Shown: one piece after another, positions 1 to 8,153 of the stretch
Numbering within the stretch: position 1 is the stretch's first letter
Layout: every line of letters begins with the position of its first letter
Source of the DNA: a bacterium
GTDB lineage: Bacteria > Zhuqueibacterota > Zhuqueibacteria > Zhuqueibacterales > Zhuqueibacteraceae
DNA: 43,604 nucleotides
Direction of reading: 5' to 3'
NCBI GenBank assembly: GCA_044869275.1
Contig: JBIOXB010000073.1
Span: 1 to 43,604, forward strand
Notes under the pieces: generated by a model
What the model saw: only the letters and a program-made list of their open reading frames with translations
Told to the model about the DNA's origin: nothing
Databases searched by the model: none
Translations under genes and position numbers: made by a program

Positions 1-126
1 GTGATTGAACGGTTAAGGCAGCGATGGGAGCTCGGCGAAAAACTTCTGACGCAATTAATTGACGATCTAATGAGTGTCGCCGCAGGCCTGTTTTTACAGC
101 CTCAAATCACGAAGTCAGAAAGTTGA
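1..126 (+). other. 3' end of an ORF entering from the left edge (VIERLRQRWELGEKLLTQLIDDLMSVAAGLFLQPQITKSES*), possibly the end of an IS transposase
   Basis: Frame 1 is open from base 1 to TGA at 124-126. It converges on and overlaps the point where the protease gene loses homology. The identity is inference only. Confidence 0.3.
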
Positions 127-860
127 GCTATTGAGTTTTCTATAGCTTTCTGCGTTCCAGTAATTCTTCCAATCTGGCAAATCTGTGGATCGTGCTGCAT
201 GGTGTTCAACACCTCGCCAATTGCTGCATCGACACGGTTGGGCGTGTTTGCATCCATTTGAATTCTGACGAACCTAAAGAGTTTGGCGAAGTAATCGTCA
301 ACTGTTCCACCATCGGCTGGCCCTGGTTGATATAAAGCATCACCTATCTGCGCCTCATTGACTCTCGCAAATACGTGACTATTGCTCATGACAAAAACTT
401 TTGAGGGACCATCTTCGGAACGTGTCGAGTGACAAAAGCATGAGATAGTTCCGGCGGTGTCTGCGAAATGAGCCGCGCTTATTCCCGCCATAACTGGTCG
501 CTGTCTTCTCATACGATTAGTGGTGCAAGGAATCTGTGAAATGTAAGCTCGAGGTGATTCAATAACATCCGTTGATATACCGTCAATTTGTTTCGGTAAC
601 ATTTCCTCGTTCGATAGACGAGAAGATCGCTCCTTTTTGACGACATAGATGCGAATGCAAGTATCCTTAGTAGTCGCCCCACTCACAATTTTAGGGCCTA
701 TACCAACAGCGTGAACATTTTTTTCGGTCGAATTAACATCTCGTCGTGCACTGAGCGTTGAAATCGCACTGAATACAATGCCGGTTGACCTATCGCGAAG
801 CAAGCGATTACTTAAATCTTGCTTGGCTTTCAGGAGGTCTTCCAAGTTTTCCATTATCAT
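102..860 (-). pseudogene. Nal1-like/trypsin-like (S1) serine protease, C-terminally truncated
   Basis: N-terminal prodomain-like segment (VHAVGIG..IRIYV..IDGISTDVIE), then RQRPVMAGIS, AGTISC, SNSHV (catalytic His), QPGPADGG and VDAAI (catalytic Asp). It ends before the expected K.GRTTG and GDSGS catalytic Ser motifs. Confidence 0.7.
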
Positions 861-1853
861 ACTCCCTGGAGGTATCGATGCGGTAGTGCTTTATAATCCT
901 ACAAATAGCTCGTCAAGCCATGAACGTGATGATGGCCGTTAAAGATTCTCATCATTCATTTCTGTCACCTTATTTATGCGAACATTTTTATCAAATTGCG
1001 GAATATCAAATAACTAAAACCCACCCACACCGACACCAATCCCATAATTACCTCCATTAAGCTCAAAACAGGCCATTGCGCTTTTGTAAACTCGTGATGC
1101 AAGGTTCGGCTCTCAACAAACGCACATCAAGTTGATGCTGACCTTGCTAAAAAGATGTTTGACGTAGGGGTCGCTCATGCCGATACCTACGATGGGCAGC
1201 ATTTCGTAAGCAAAAACGATCTTTCAGCAGCCGAACAAAAGGCCGGCAGTCTTAAGCCCGGCTGTGATCATCCAGCATCGGGACAATGGGGTCGGCGCGA
1301 GCAAAATGGTGGTGGCATCCAGCGTGGGGCGTTTGCAGCTCCGGTCACGAATCTGCTGGGCCGCTACCTGGTCTCAGAAATAATAGGAGGTGGTGGCTTG
1401 GGGATAGAGAATAGCTTTCGCATTGGATAAACCAGCATCATCGTTCAGAGTCAGATAGTGGCGAAGCGGCAGCTGCAGCAAGGCGCGGCGGGTTGGAGTG
1501 AAAGTGCCGTTAGTGCACGCAGAAATTTTATTGCAGAATGTTTCGTACAAGCACTCAAAACAAAATTGCTCTCCCATTTTATGGCTCAATCAAAACTCAG
1601 AAAAACCAAAAGAGTTATTTCGCACAAAAAGGGAATTCCTGCAAGAATAAATTCTTGAAGAAAGTATTTTACACGTGGATTAGACGCGACGATTGAGGAC
1701 CCCGGAAACAACTAAGATAATCTGTGTAAGTTTCGATCAGTGGGTAATGGCACTGACTTCGCGTACTTCAAATCTCCTACAAAGTCCAATTTCCACTCGA
1801 CATGCTCATATTGCTTTCGCGCATCATGGTGTAAGTTGCACTTCACCGATTTT

Positions 1854-2522
1854 TCACAACCTCGTCACTCCTTCGATGCTCACTTGCACCGAATCCGCTC
1901 CCGGTTCTCCCGGCGAGAGCGCGCGAAAAGCGGTGGCGAAAACCGTTGCCGATCCGGAAAGGCCTTCGACGCGCCAGGGCTGCTGGTAGGGCGGGGAATT
2001 ATCTACGCCCAAAAGACTATCCCCCACGCGGAACTCGACGCGCTCGATGCCATTGGGATGGGTGGCCAGCGCCTCCACAATGACAACGCCGACACCGGGA
2101 ATGAATGCACCGGCTGCCGGCTTGACTATTTTTACGGTGGGGCGTTCGAGGGCGATAACCGAAAGCGTAACCGAACCCTCGGCTTCTCCATCCCTGTCAT
2201 CGCGAACCTTGACTGTGATTTTATAATCGCCAGCCAGGGCGGGCGTTGACCAACGCACGTGGCTTCCGGTCGTGGAGGAGAGCGTACCTCCTGCGGCGCT
2301 CCAGGTATAAGCGAGAGCGCTGCCTTCTGGATCGTGAGCCTCTACTTTTATGGTCGTCGTGTCCGCCGGGAAAAGGGGATGGCGCAGAGCGGAAATCCGA
2401 TCGATCACCGGTGCTTGGTTGGCTTGGATCAGCTTATTCAACTCATCGCAACCGAATAAAAGACTGAGCGCAAGCAACGCGAGCCAGGCCAGTTTAAGGG
2501 GGCGAATCAGCCTTCTCTCCAT
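1854..2522 (-). CDS. Lipoprotein with two Ig-like domains (PKD-like + bacterial Ig-like)
   Basis: Lipobox LLFGC. NQAPVI..EAHDPEGSALAYTWS..GDYKITVKVRD, then PTVKIVKP..GIERVEFRVGDSLLGVDNSPPYQQPW. Confidence 0.8.
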   Translation of the reverse strand: MERRLIRPLKLAWLALLALSLLFGCDELNKLIQANQAPVIDRISALRHPLFPADTTTIKVEAHDPEGSALAYTWSAAGGTLSSTTGSHVRWSTPALAGDYKITVKVRDDRDGEAEGSVTLSVIALERPTVKIVKPAAGAFIPGVGVVIVEALATHPNGIERVEFRVGDSLLGVDNSPPYQQPWRVEGLSGSATVFATAFRALSPGEPGADSVQVSIEGVTRL

Positions 2523-2528
2523 ATCTCT

Positions 2529-3296
2529 TCATTCCGCCAATGCTGCTTGCAGGACTTCCTTGCCAAGATCAGTGTTGTGCTCTATCATGACTGCTGCCTG
2601 CAAGCGTGCCGAATCGCGCACGCCAAGCAGGCTTGCCTCAAATCGGACGGATCTGGTTTCGCCGGCGGCGATGCCGCTGAAAATCTCCGGCGAAAAAACC
2701 TTGCGAACCACATGGTGGTGCCCGGTGGGACCCAAATCTTCCCACACCATGGCCTGCACGGCAAATGCCGAGAGACCGTTGTTGCCGAGCGGGGCGAACG
2801 TGGCGTCGATCTCGATGGTCGTCGCCAGAATATTTTTCCTTGCTTCGATGGTCAAATAGGCGATTTCGCTGTGTGCGGTTTGCAGGGCGCCACGATAACG
2901 CGTCGAGGCGTTGCGCGCGTCCGAGGCGCCTTGCAAGCGGAGGGCCGAGCCATTGAAAAATACGTCGGGAACGCCACGATCCGCTGCCGCCAAATCCCGG
3001 TAGCGGTCTGCGCTTTCCGGCAAGGCGTGGGCGTCGGCATAATTCGCGCTCGGCAGATGATGTTCCACGATGAGAATCTGATCCGCAGAGAAGGCGGAGG
3101 ACAAACTGTCCAAGGCCGTTAGTGCAAACGGGCTGAAAGGCGTTGCGTCGTTGACAAACGCTTCAACAAGAGTAACGCGCTGCCGCTCGCTCCGTGGATT
3201 TCTGGGATCGAGGAGATTATTTCTCTCCAATGCCTCGCATGCGCACAGCAGCAGGAGACCACCGCACAGGCCAAAGTGTAGTTTTCGAATCAACAT
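2529..3296 (-). CDS. Omp28-like thioredoxin-fold lipoprotein lacking CxxC
   Basis: Lipobox LCAC. RVTLVEAF, EHHL, GVPDVFFNG (cis-Pro loop) and HHHVVRKV match the Omp28 pattern. ATG at 3296 lies 5 bp after the upstream stop. Confidence 0.7.
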   Translation of the reverse strand: MLIRKLHFGLCGGLLLLCACEALERNNLLDPRNPRSERQRVTLVEAFVNDATPFSPFALTALDSLSSAFSADQILIVEHHLPSANYADAHALPESADRYRDLAAADRGVPDVFFNGSALRLQGASDARNASTRYRGALQTAHSEIAYLTIEARKNILATTIEIDATFAPLGNNGLSAFAVQAMVWEDLGPTGHHHVVRKVFSPEIFSGIAAGETRSVRFEASLLGVRDSARLQAAVMIEHNTDLGKEVLQAALAE

Positions 3297-3301
3297 TCTT
3301 G

Positions 3302-4240
3302 TCAAAAGTGCAAACAAACGCCGAGGCGTACGCCGCCCTGGTCAGCAAAGAAGGTCATTTCTTGCATCTGCCAAGGCCTCTCTGGCGGCGCCACGCTGGC
3401 AAAGACTTGATTTTGCTCCGAGCGCTCCTTCAACCAGAAATTGGCGCTGGCGATCGCCAATGCGCCAGTGGCAATGGCCAGAGCATTGCGGGCATTGCGG
3501 AAGTCATGGGCACGATCAAAATACTTGTCGAACTCTTCCAAGCTGGTGGCGGACTGATATTGCTGGTAGGCGTCTTGCGAGATCACATGCGTCACGCCGG
3601 TAGCCACTGCAGTCACGGCGGTGGCCAGCAAAAACCATGAGGTGGGATAGCTTTTCACGCGCAGACTTTGCCGGTATTGGCCCTCACCTTTTAGATTGAA
3701 CAAAATGTTTGCCGCCAGCAAACGCACCATGTCCTCGATGACTTCGCGATCGCGCCCAATCACTTTTTCACCGCGCACTTGCGCCGTCTCTACTTTGAGA
3801 ATATGGCAATCGATTCGCAAGCGTGAGCTGCCGGTCGCGCTGATCTCGCCGGTTAAGAGATACTGCGCCCCCGCCAGTTGCCCAAGCGTTTGCGCTGTTT
3901 TTTCATCAATTACTCCGGTTTGCCCCAGCGCGTGCTCCTGCAAAATCACATCCAGTTTTTGGCGTTCCACCACCGCTATGCCATTGCTGGTTTGAGAAAG
4001 CTCGGTTTTCAGCATCTCCGGCACGCTCTTTTCCAGCACATCAAGATTGAACAACCCACTGTTGTTCTTGAAATCCAAGACCGCAACGGTGATGGTGGCG
4101 GAATCCGGCGCAGCGAGCGGGAAAACTTGGATCTTTCCGTGTAGATCTGGCACAAGGGTTATATAGAATGCCACCACCAGGACAGCAAACGTGAGGCGAG
4201 AAACCAGATCATGCAATGGCCGCATGGTTATTTCTGGCAC
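3302..4240 (-). CDS. CsgG/HfaB-family protein with C-terminal hydrophobic helical hairpin
   Basis: Signal peptide. TVAVLDFKN, VVERQKLDVILQEHALGQTGVIDEKTAQTLGQLAGAQYLLTGEI. Two hydrophobic segments near the C-terminus. Confidence 0.8.
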   Translation of the reverse strand: MPEITMRPLHDLVSRLTFAVLVVAFYITLVPDLHGKIQVFPLAAPDSATITVAVLDFKNNSGLFNLDVLEKSVPEMLKTELSQTSNGIAVVERQKLDVILQEHALGQTGVIDEKTAQTLGQLAGAQYLLTGEISATGSSRLRIDCHILKVETAQVRGEKVIGRDREVIEDMVRLLAANILFNLKGEGQYRQSLRVKSYPTSWFLLATAVTAVATGVTHVISQDAYQQYQSATSLEEFDKYFDRAHDFRNARNALAIATGALAIASANFWLKERSEQNQVFASVAPPERPWQMQEMTFFADQGGVRLGVCLHF

Positions 4241-4300
4241 GATAAACGAGTAAGTGAGCGAGCGCGGGAAAGCTCATGCAAAATGTTTCCAGCAAATCCC

Positions 4301-5872
4301 TCAATCCAACCCCGGCGCAGCTGGTGCGGCGCTTCCCTGCAAGCGCCGCAACTCATCAAAATGCATTTTCGCTTTGGCAAATTCACCCAAACGGCGGTAG
4401 TTGCGAACCAGCAGCTTGTGCAGATTGATGACTTCATCCGACTCGAGCTGGGTAACGAGTTTGTAGGCTTGTTCCGCGTCCTGCACCGCCTGTTTGGGAT
4501 CGGACTCGGCGAGCGCGGCCATGGCAAAATAGCTTTTGCCGCGGCCCGACCACGGTATCATGGCCGATTGCATGAAATAGGTGTAAGCCAGCTTGCTATC
4601 GACTTGCATTTTTTCATTGCCCATGTTCAAACACATCGTGCCGTAGGTGTCAAGATAAGTTTGGTTGGCTTTTTCGACCGGAGCGCCGCTGGCATCGTGC
4701 GGAATGCTTTCCACGATTTTAAGCATGCGTTCGCACGCCTCTTCTTGCCGCTCGAGCTGGGAAAAATCGAGAATCGCAATATTGCGGCCGATCTCGAAGC
4801 GCGCGCGGTCGGTGCGCAGCTTGGGCAGCATTTCCTGGTACACGGCCGAGGCCGAGGCAAACTCCCCACGCGTTGACCGCGCCGCTGCCGTGTCCCGCAA
4901 AACCGTGCCGAGGATTTGACCGCCGTCCCAATCCAGCCATGCGAGATTGTTTTGCACGGCGTTGCGATTTGCCGGCACGCTGGTGAGCGTGAGCGCGCGG
5001 CGAAAACTGGCATAGGCCTTTTCTTCGTTGAACAATTTGATCGCGCTCAAGCCTTGATAATAAACTGAAAGAAACAAGAGATTCGAATCAACCGCCGCCG
5101 CCACCGGTAGCGTGGCATACTGAATGCGGCTTTCTTTCACCTCGGCGGAGGCCAGCAATTTCTGCTCGCATTTTTCAAAATTATCGAGCGCCGGTTGCCA
5201 GGTCTGACTCGCGAAATAATTCTCGCCCAGGTGAAAATAGTGGCCATATTCACCCGGCTCGAGGCGCACCAAGGTTTCCCACAGGGCAATGGCGCGGGTG
5301 TAGTTGTTTTTATCCGCCAGCCGGTCGCCCAGTACGCGGTAGACCGCCGCCAGCAATGCGCGCGTTTGCACACTGTAGGGGTTCAGTTGCAACGCCCTGG
5401 AGAGCGCAGCCTCGGCTTCCTGCAAATAAGCAAGCGCTTGCTGCCGGGCGCGCTGATCTTGTGTGGCGACATATTGCTGCACGAACGGTGTGCCCTGCTG
5501 AACTTTTTGATAACCTTCGCGTGTCGCTTTCGACGCGGCCGCCGAATCCGCAGCCGAGACCTGAATCGGTTTCGCGGCGGCACGATCCAAGAGCGACAAC
5601 AATGAATCCGCATAGGCGCGTTTCTGCGTCGCCTGCACGACCCATGTTTGCGCTTGCTTTTCTTCTTCCAAGGAAACAAAAAGCTCCTGCGCCAGCGAGT
5701 CTGCATGCGCGGCGGTCAAAGGCGTCACTCCTGGAGGGACGCGCACTGAGTCGAAATTGCGCGCGACGGGACGAGAGGAGCTGCAACTTGACAACAGAAT
5801 AGCCGTGAGGCCCGTGACCGCATCGGCGCGCCAGCGGCGCTGCATGCGTTGTACTATCTTCTTCATAAGCAT
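4301..5872 (-). CDS. TPR-repeat lipoprotein (paralog of 6669-8153)
   Basis: Lipobox LLSSC. TPR signatures ALSRALQLNP and LEPGEYGHYFHLGENYF. Confidence 0.8.
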   Translation of the reverse strand: MLMKKIVQRMQRRWRADAVTGLTAILLSSCSSSRPVARNFDSVRVPPGVTPLTAAHADSLAQELFVSLEEEKQAQTWVVQATQKRAYADSLLSLLDRAAAKPIQVSAADSAAASKATREGYQKVQQGTPFVQQYVATQDQRARQQALAYLQEAEAALSRALQLNPYSVQTRALLAAVYRVLGDRLADKNNYTRAIALWETLVRLEPGEYGHYFHLGENYFASQTWQPALDNFEKCEQKLLASAEVKESRIQYATLPVAAAVDSNLLFLSVYYQGLSAIKLFNEEKAYASFRRALTLTSVPANRNAVQNNLAWLDWDGGQILGTVLRDTAAARSTRGEFASASAVYQEMLPKLRTDRARFEIGRNIAILDFSQLERQEEACERMLKIVESIPHDASGAPVEKANQTYLDTYGTMCLNMGNEKMQVDSKLAYTYFMQSAMIPWSGRGKSYFAMAALAESDPKQAVQDAEQAYKLVTQLESDEVINLHKLLVRNYRRLGEFAKAKMHFDELRRLQGSAAPAAPGLD

Positions 5873-5888
5873 TTTGTTTGTGTTTCTT

Positions 5889-6590
5889 TCATTCGCCTGC
5901 TTTGATAAAAACCGTATCGCGCTTGGTTTGCTCGATGTAAATCACATCGTAAATGGGTTTGTCAACGAACACCGTATCCGTGCGCGTGTAAAACAGTAAA
6001 TCATGCTTGTATCTGAAAGAGCGGGTCGTGTCTTGCAGTGCCTTTTTGTCGCCGAATCCCCAAATCTTCAAAGCCGCAATGCCTTTCACGTCGTCGAATT
6101 CGAAAAAGAGGCTCAGCTTCTTGCCCTTGATTTGGTAGATTTCTTCTATCATCCGCACCAACCCGGCGTGCATTTCCCGCGCCACGGGGAATTCCTTCTC
6201 GCGCACTTCGATTTGGCCGTATTTGTTCTTCGCGCCAATAACCTCGATGAAGCCGGTGCGCTTCCAATTGCGCATGACGTCCAGCGCGGTCTCCGCCTGG
6301 CTCAAATTCACCAGCTGGTCGGAAGGATAGACCTTGAGAATGTCCTTGTCGTCAAAGCCGTTTTCATTCATGTCGAACACTTCCATGCTGTCGATGCGAT
6401 CCTCGCTAATGAAGTATTGCTCGACGAAAAACTGAATGGTTTGGCGATCTTTGATTACCGCGACCGGCAACGCCTTGCGCGAAACGATTACTTCTTTATC
6501 GGACTGCGCCGCAGCCGTTTGCAGCAGGCCGGCTGCCAGCACCAATGCTGCTCCTGGCAATCTGGCTGGGAAGATTGAATAAAAGCTCAT
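5889..6590 (-). CDS. Secreted hypothetical protein with a possible Ca-binding DxNxNG loop
   Basis: Signal peptide ending AAAQ, the DMNENGFDDKD loop and an upstream AGGAG RBS. Confidence 0.75.
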   Translation of the reverse strand: MSFYSIFPARLPGAALVLAAGLLQTAAAQSDKEVIVSRKALPVAVIKDRQTIQFFVEQYFISEDRIDSMEVFDMNENGFDDKDILKVYPSDQLVNLSQAETALDVMRNWKRTGFIEVIGAKNKYGQIEVREKEFPVAREMHAGLVRMIEEIYQIKGKKLSLFFEFDDVKGIAALKIWGFGDKKALQDTTRSFRYKHDLLFYTRTDTVFVDKPIYDVIYIEQTKRDTVFIKAGE

Positions 6591-6668
6591 ATTCTCCTGA
6601 CCTGTTTAGTGTTTTTCATGTGGACGTGCCGGTCCTGGTTGCATGCCACATGCCATGGGGAATGCTCA

Positions 6669-8153
6669 TTACTTCACCGCGCGGAGCGTGTCAAAATAGA
6701 ATTTGGCTTTGTCCATTTGATTCTTGCGGCGGTAACTGTCGATCAAAAGCCGGTAAAGTTTTTTCAACTGTTCACTATTCAATTGGTAGGACAAGGCCAA
6801 TGCATTTTCGCCGTCGCGGATGGAAAGATCGGCGTTGGAGTGGGAAAGTTCGGCCATCTGCAAATAGCTTTTGCCGCGTTCTTTCCAATTGATCGCCGCG
6901 GCGCGCGCGAAGTATTCATAGGCCACCCGCCGGTCCACCCGCAGCGTGTCAATGCCTAAATTGTAGCACATCGCCCCGTAATTGGCGAAATCCTGGATGT
7001 AGGTGGTGTCCAGGGGCGCGCCTTCCGCATCTTTAGGAATCCTTTGCAGCGCTTCGTCCAAGCGGGCGACGGCTGACTCTTTGCGATGCAGTTGCTGGTA
7101 TTCGATATCAGCGTAATCCCAAATAATTTCATCACGCGCGCGCTTGGTTTTCAAGGTCTCGTTCAACATTTTTTCATAAAGCTGAACCGTGTCGGTATAG
7201 CGGCCTTGTGCCACGAGCGCAGCGGCGGAGTCGCGGTAAACCGAGGCCAAAATATTGCCTGCGTCCCATTTGATCCACCGGATATCTTCGGCAATGCTGG
7301 CCAAAATCGTGGGGGAATTCACAAAGTTTCTCGCGCGCTCGAGATTTGACAGCGCTTGCTTGTCGTCAAAACTCTTGATGGCGCATTGTCCTTGGTAATA
7401 AATCGCGCGGAACAGTGTGAGGCTGTCCAGCGTTGCCTCCGGCAACAATTGGGGATTCCACAATCGCCGGTCGTTGACTTCGGTGGAAGCGAGCAGAATC
7501 TCTTCCGTCTTCTTGAAATTCTTCCAGGCTTCTTCCCATTGTCGTTGCGCATATTGGCATTCGCCCAGATTGTAGAAATGATGATATTCCCCTGGCTCCT
7601 GGCGCGCCAGCTCGGCCCAGATTTGTGCGGGTTGATCGAAAGACATCGCGCTTGGGAAGCGCTCGGCAAGCAGCTTGTAGGTGGCAGCCAAAAAATGTTT
7701 GGTGCGGAGCTGGAAGGGATTTAGCCGCAGAGATTTTTCCAGATGCTGGCGCGCCTCTTGCAAGTGATAGCTGGCTTGAATCTCGAGCTGGCGCTGGCGA
7801 ACATTGTGCGTGGTTGAACTCTGGCCATTTGAAGCAGTGGCATGGGCGGCTTCGTTTTGGTGGGCTGAATCGGCCGTAGGTGACAACGCCTGCTTGCCCT
7901 CTCTGCGCAAAAGCACCAGCAGTGAATCACAGGTGCGGAAATGCTGCAGCCCTTGCTGGCTCAACACTTCCGCCTGGTGCTCTTGTTTTTTAGCGACGAA
8001 CATGCGCGCCGCCACGGAATCAGCGCGCGCCAGCACTTTCGTCGAGACGCCGCGCGCATTGGAGCTCCCCTTCGAGCCGGCGCAACCAAATGCAAAAAAA
8101 GCCATCACCGCCCATGACAGTGGAACGACTCTTTCAAAGTTGAATGCCTTCAT
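6669..8153 (-). CDS. TPR-repeat lipoprotein (paralog of 4301-5872)
   Basis: Lipobox FAFGC. LEKSLRLNP and QEPGEYHHFYNLGECQY. The ATG overlaps the upstream TGA (ATGA at 8150-8153), which implies translational coupling. Confidence 0.8.
   Translation of the reverse strand: MKAFNFERVVPLSWAVMAFFAFGCAGSKGSSNARGVSTKVLARADSVAARMFVAKKQEHQAEVLSQQGLQHFRTCDSLLVLLRREGKQALSPTADSAHQNEAAHATASNGQSSTTHNVRQRQLEIQASYHLQEARQHLEKSLRLNPFQLRTKHFLAATYKLLAERFPSAMSFDQPAQIWAELARQEPGEYHHFYNLGECQYAQRQWEEAWKNFKKTEEILLASTEVNDRRLWNPQLLPEATLDSLTLFRAIYYQGQCAIKSFDDKQALSNLERARNFVNSPTILASIAEDIRWIKWDAGNILASVYRDSAAALVAQGRYTDTVQLYEKMLNETLKTKRARDEIIWDYADIEYQQLHRKESAVARLDEALQRIPKDAEGAPLDTTYIQDFANYGAMCYNLGIDTLRVDRRVAYEYFARAAAINWKERGKSYLQMAELSHSNADLSIRDGENALALSYQLNSEQLKKLYRLLIDSYRRKNQMDKAKFYFDTLRAVK

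Noticed and set aside
1155..1658. Short ORFs 1155-1430, 1374-1589 and 1458-1658
   Set aside because: No recognisable motifs, mutually overlapping, likely spurious or debris.
3302..4240. Curli biogenesis locus
   Set aside because: No curlin repeats or csgE/F genes. The CsgG-like domain is widespread outside curli systems.
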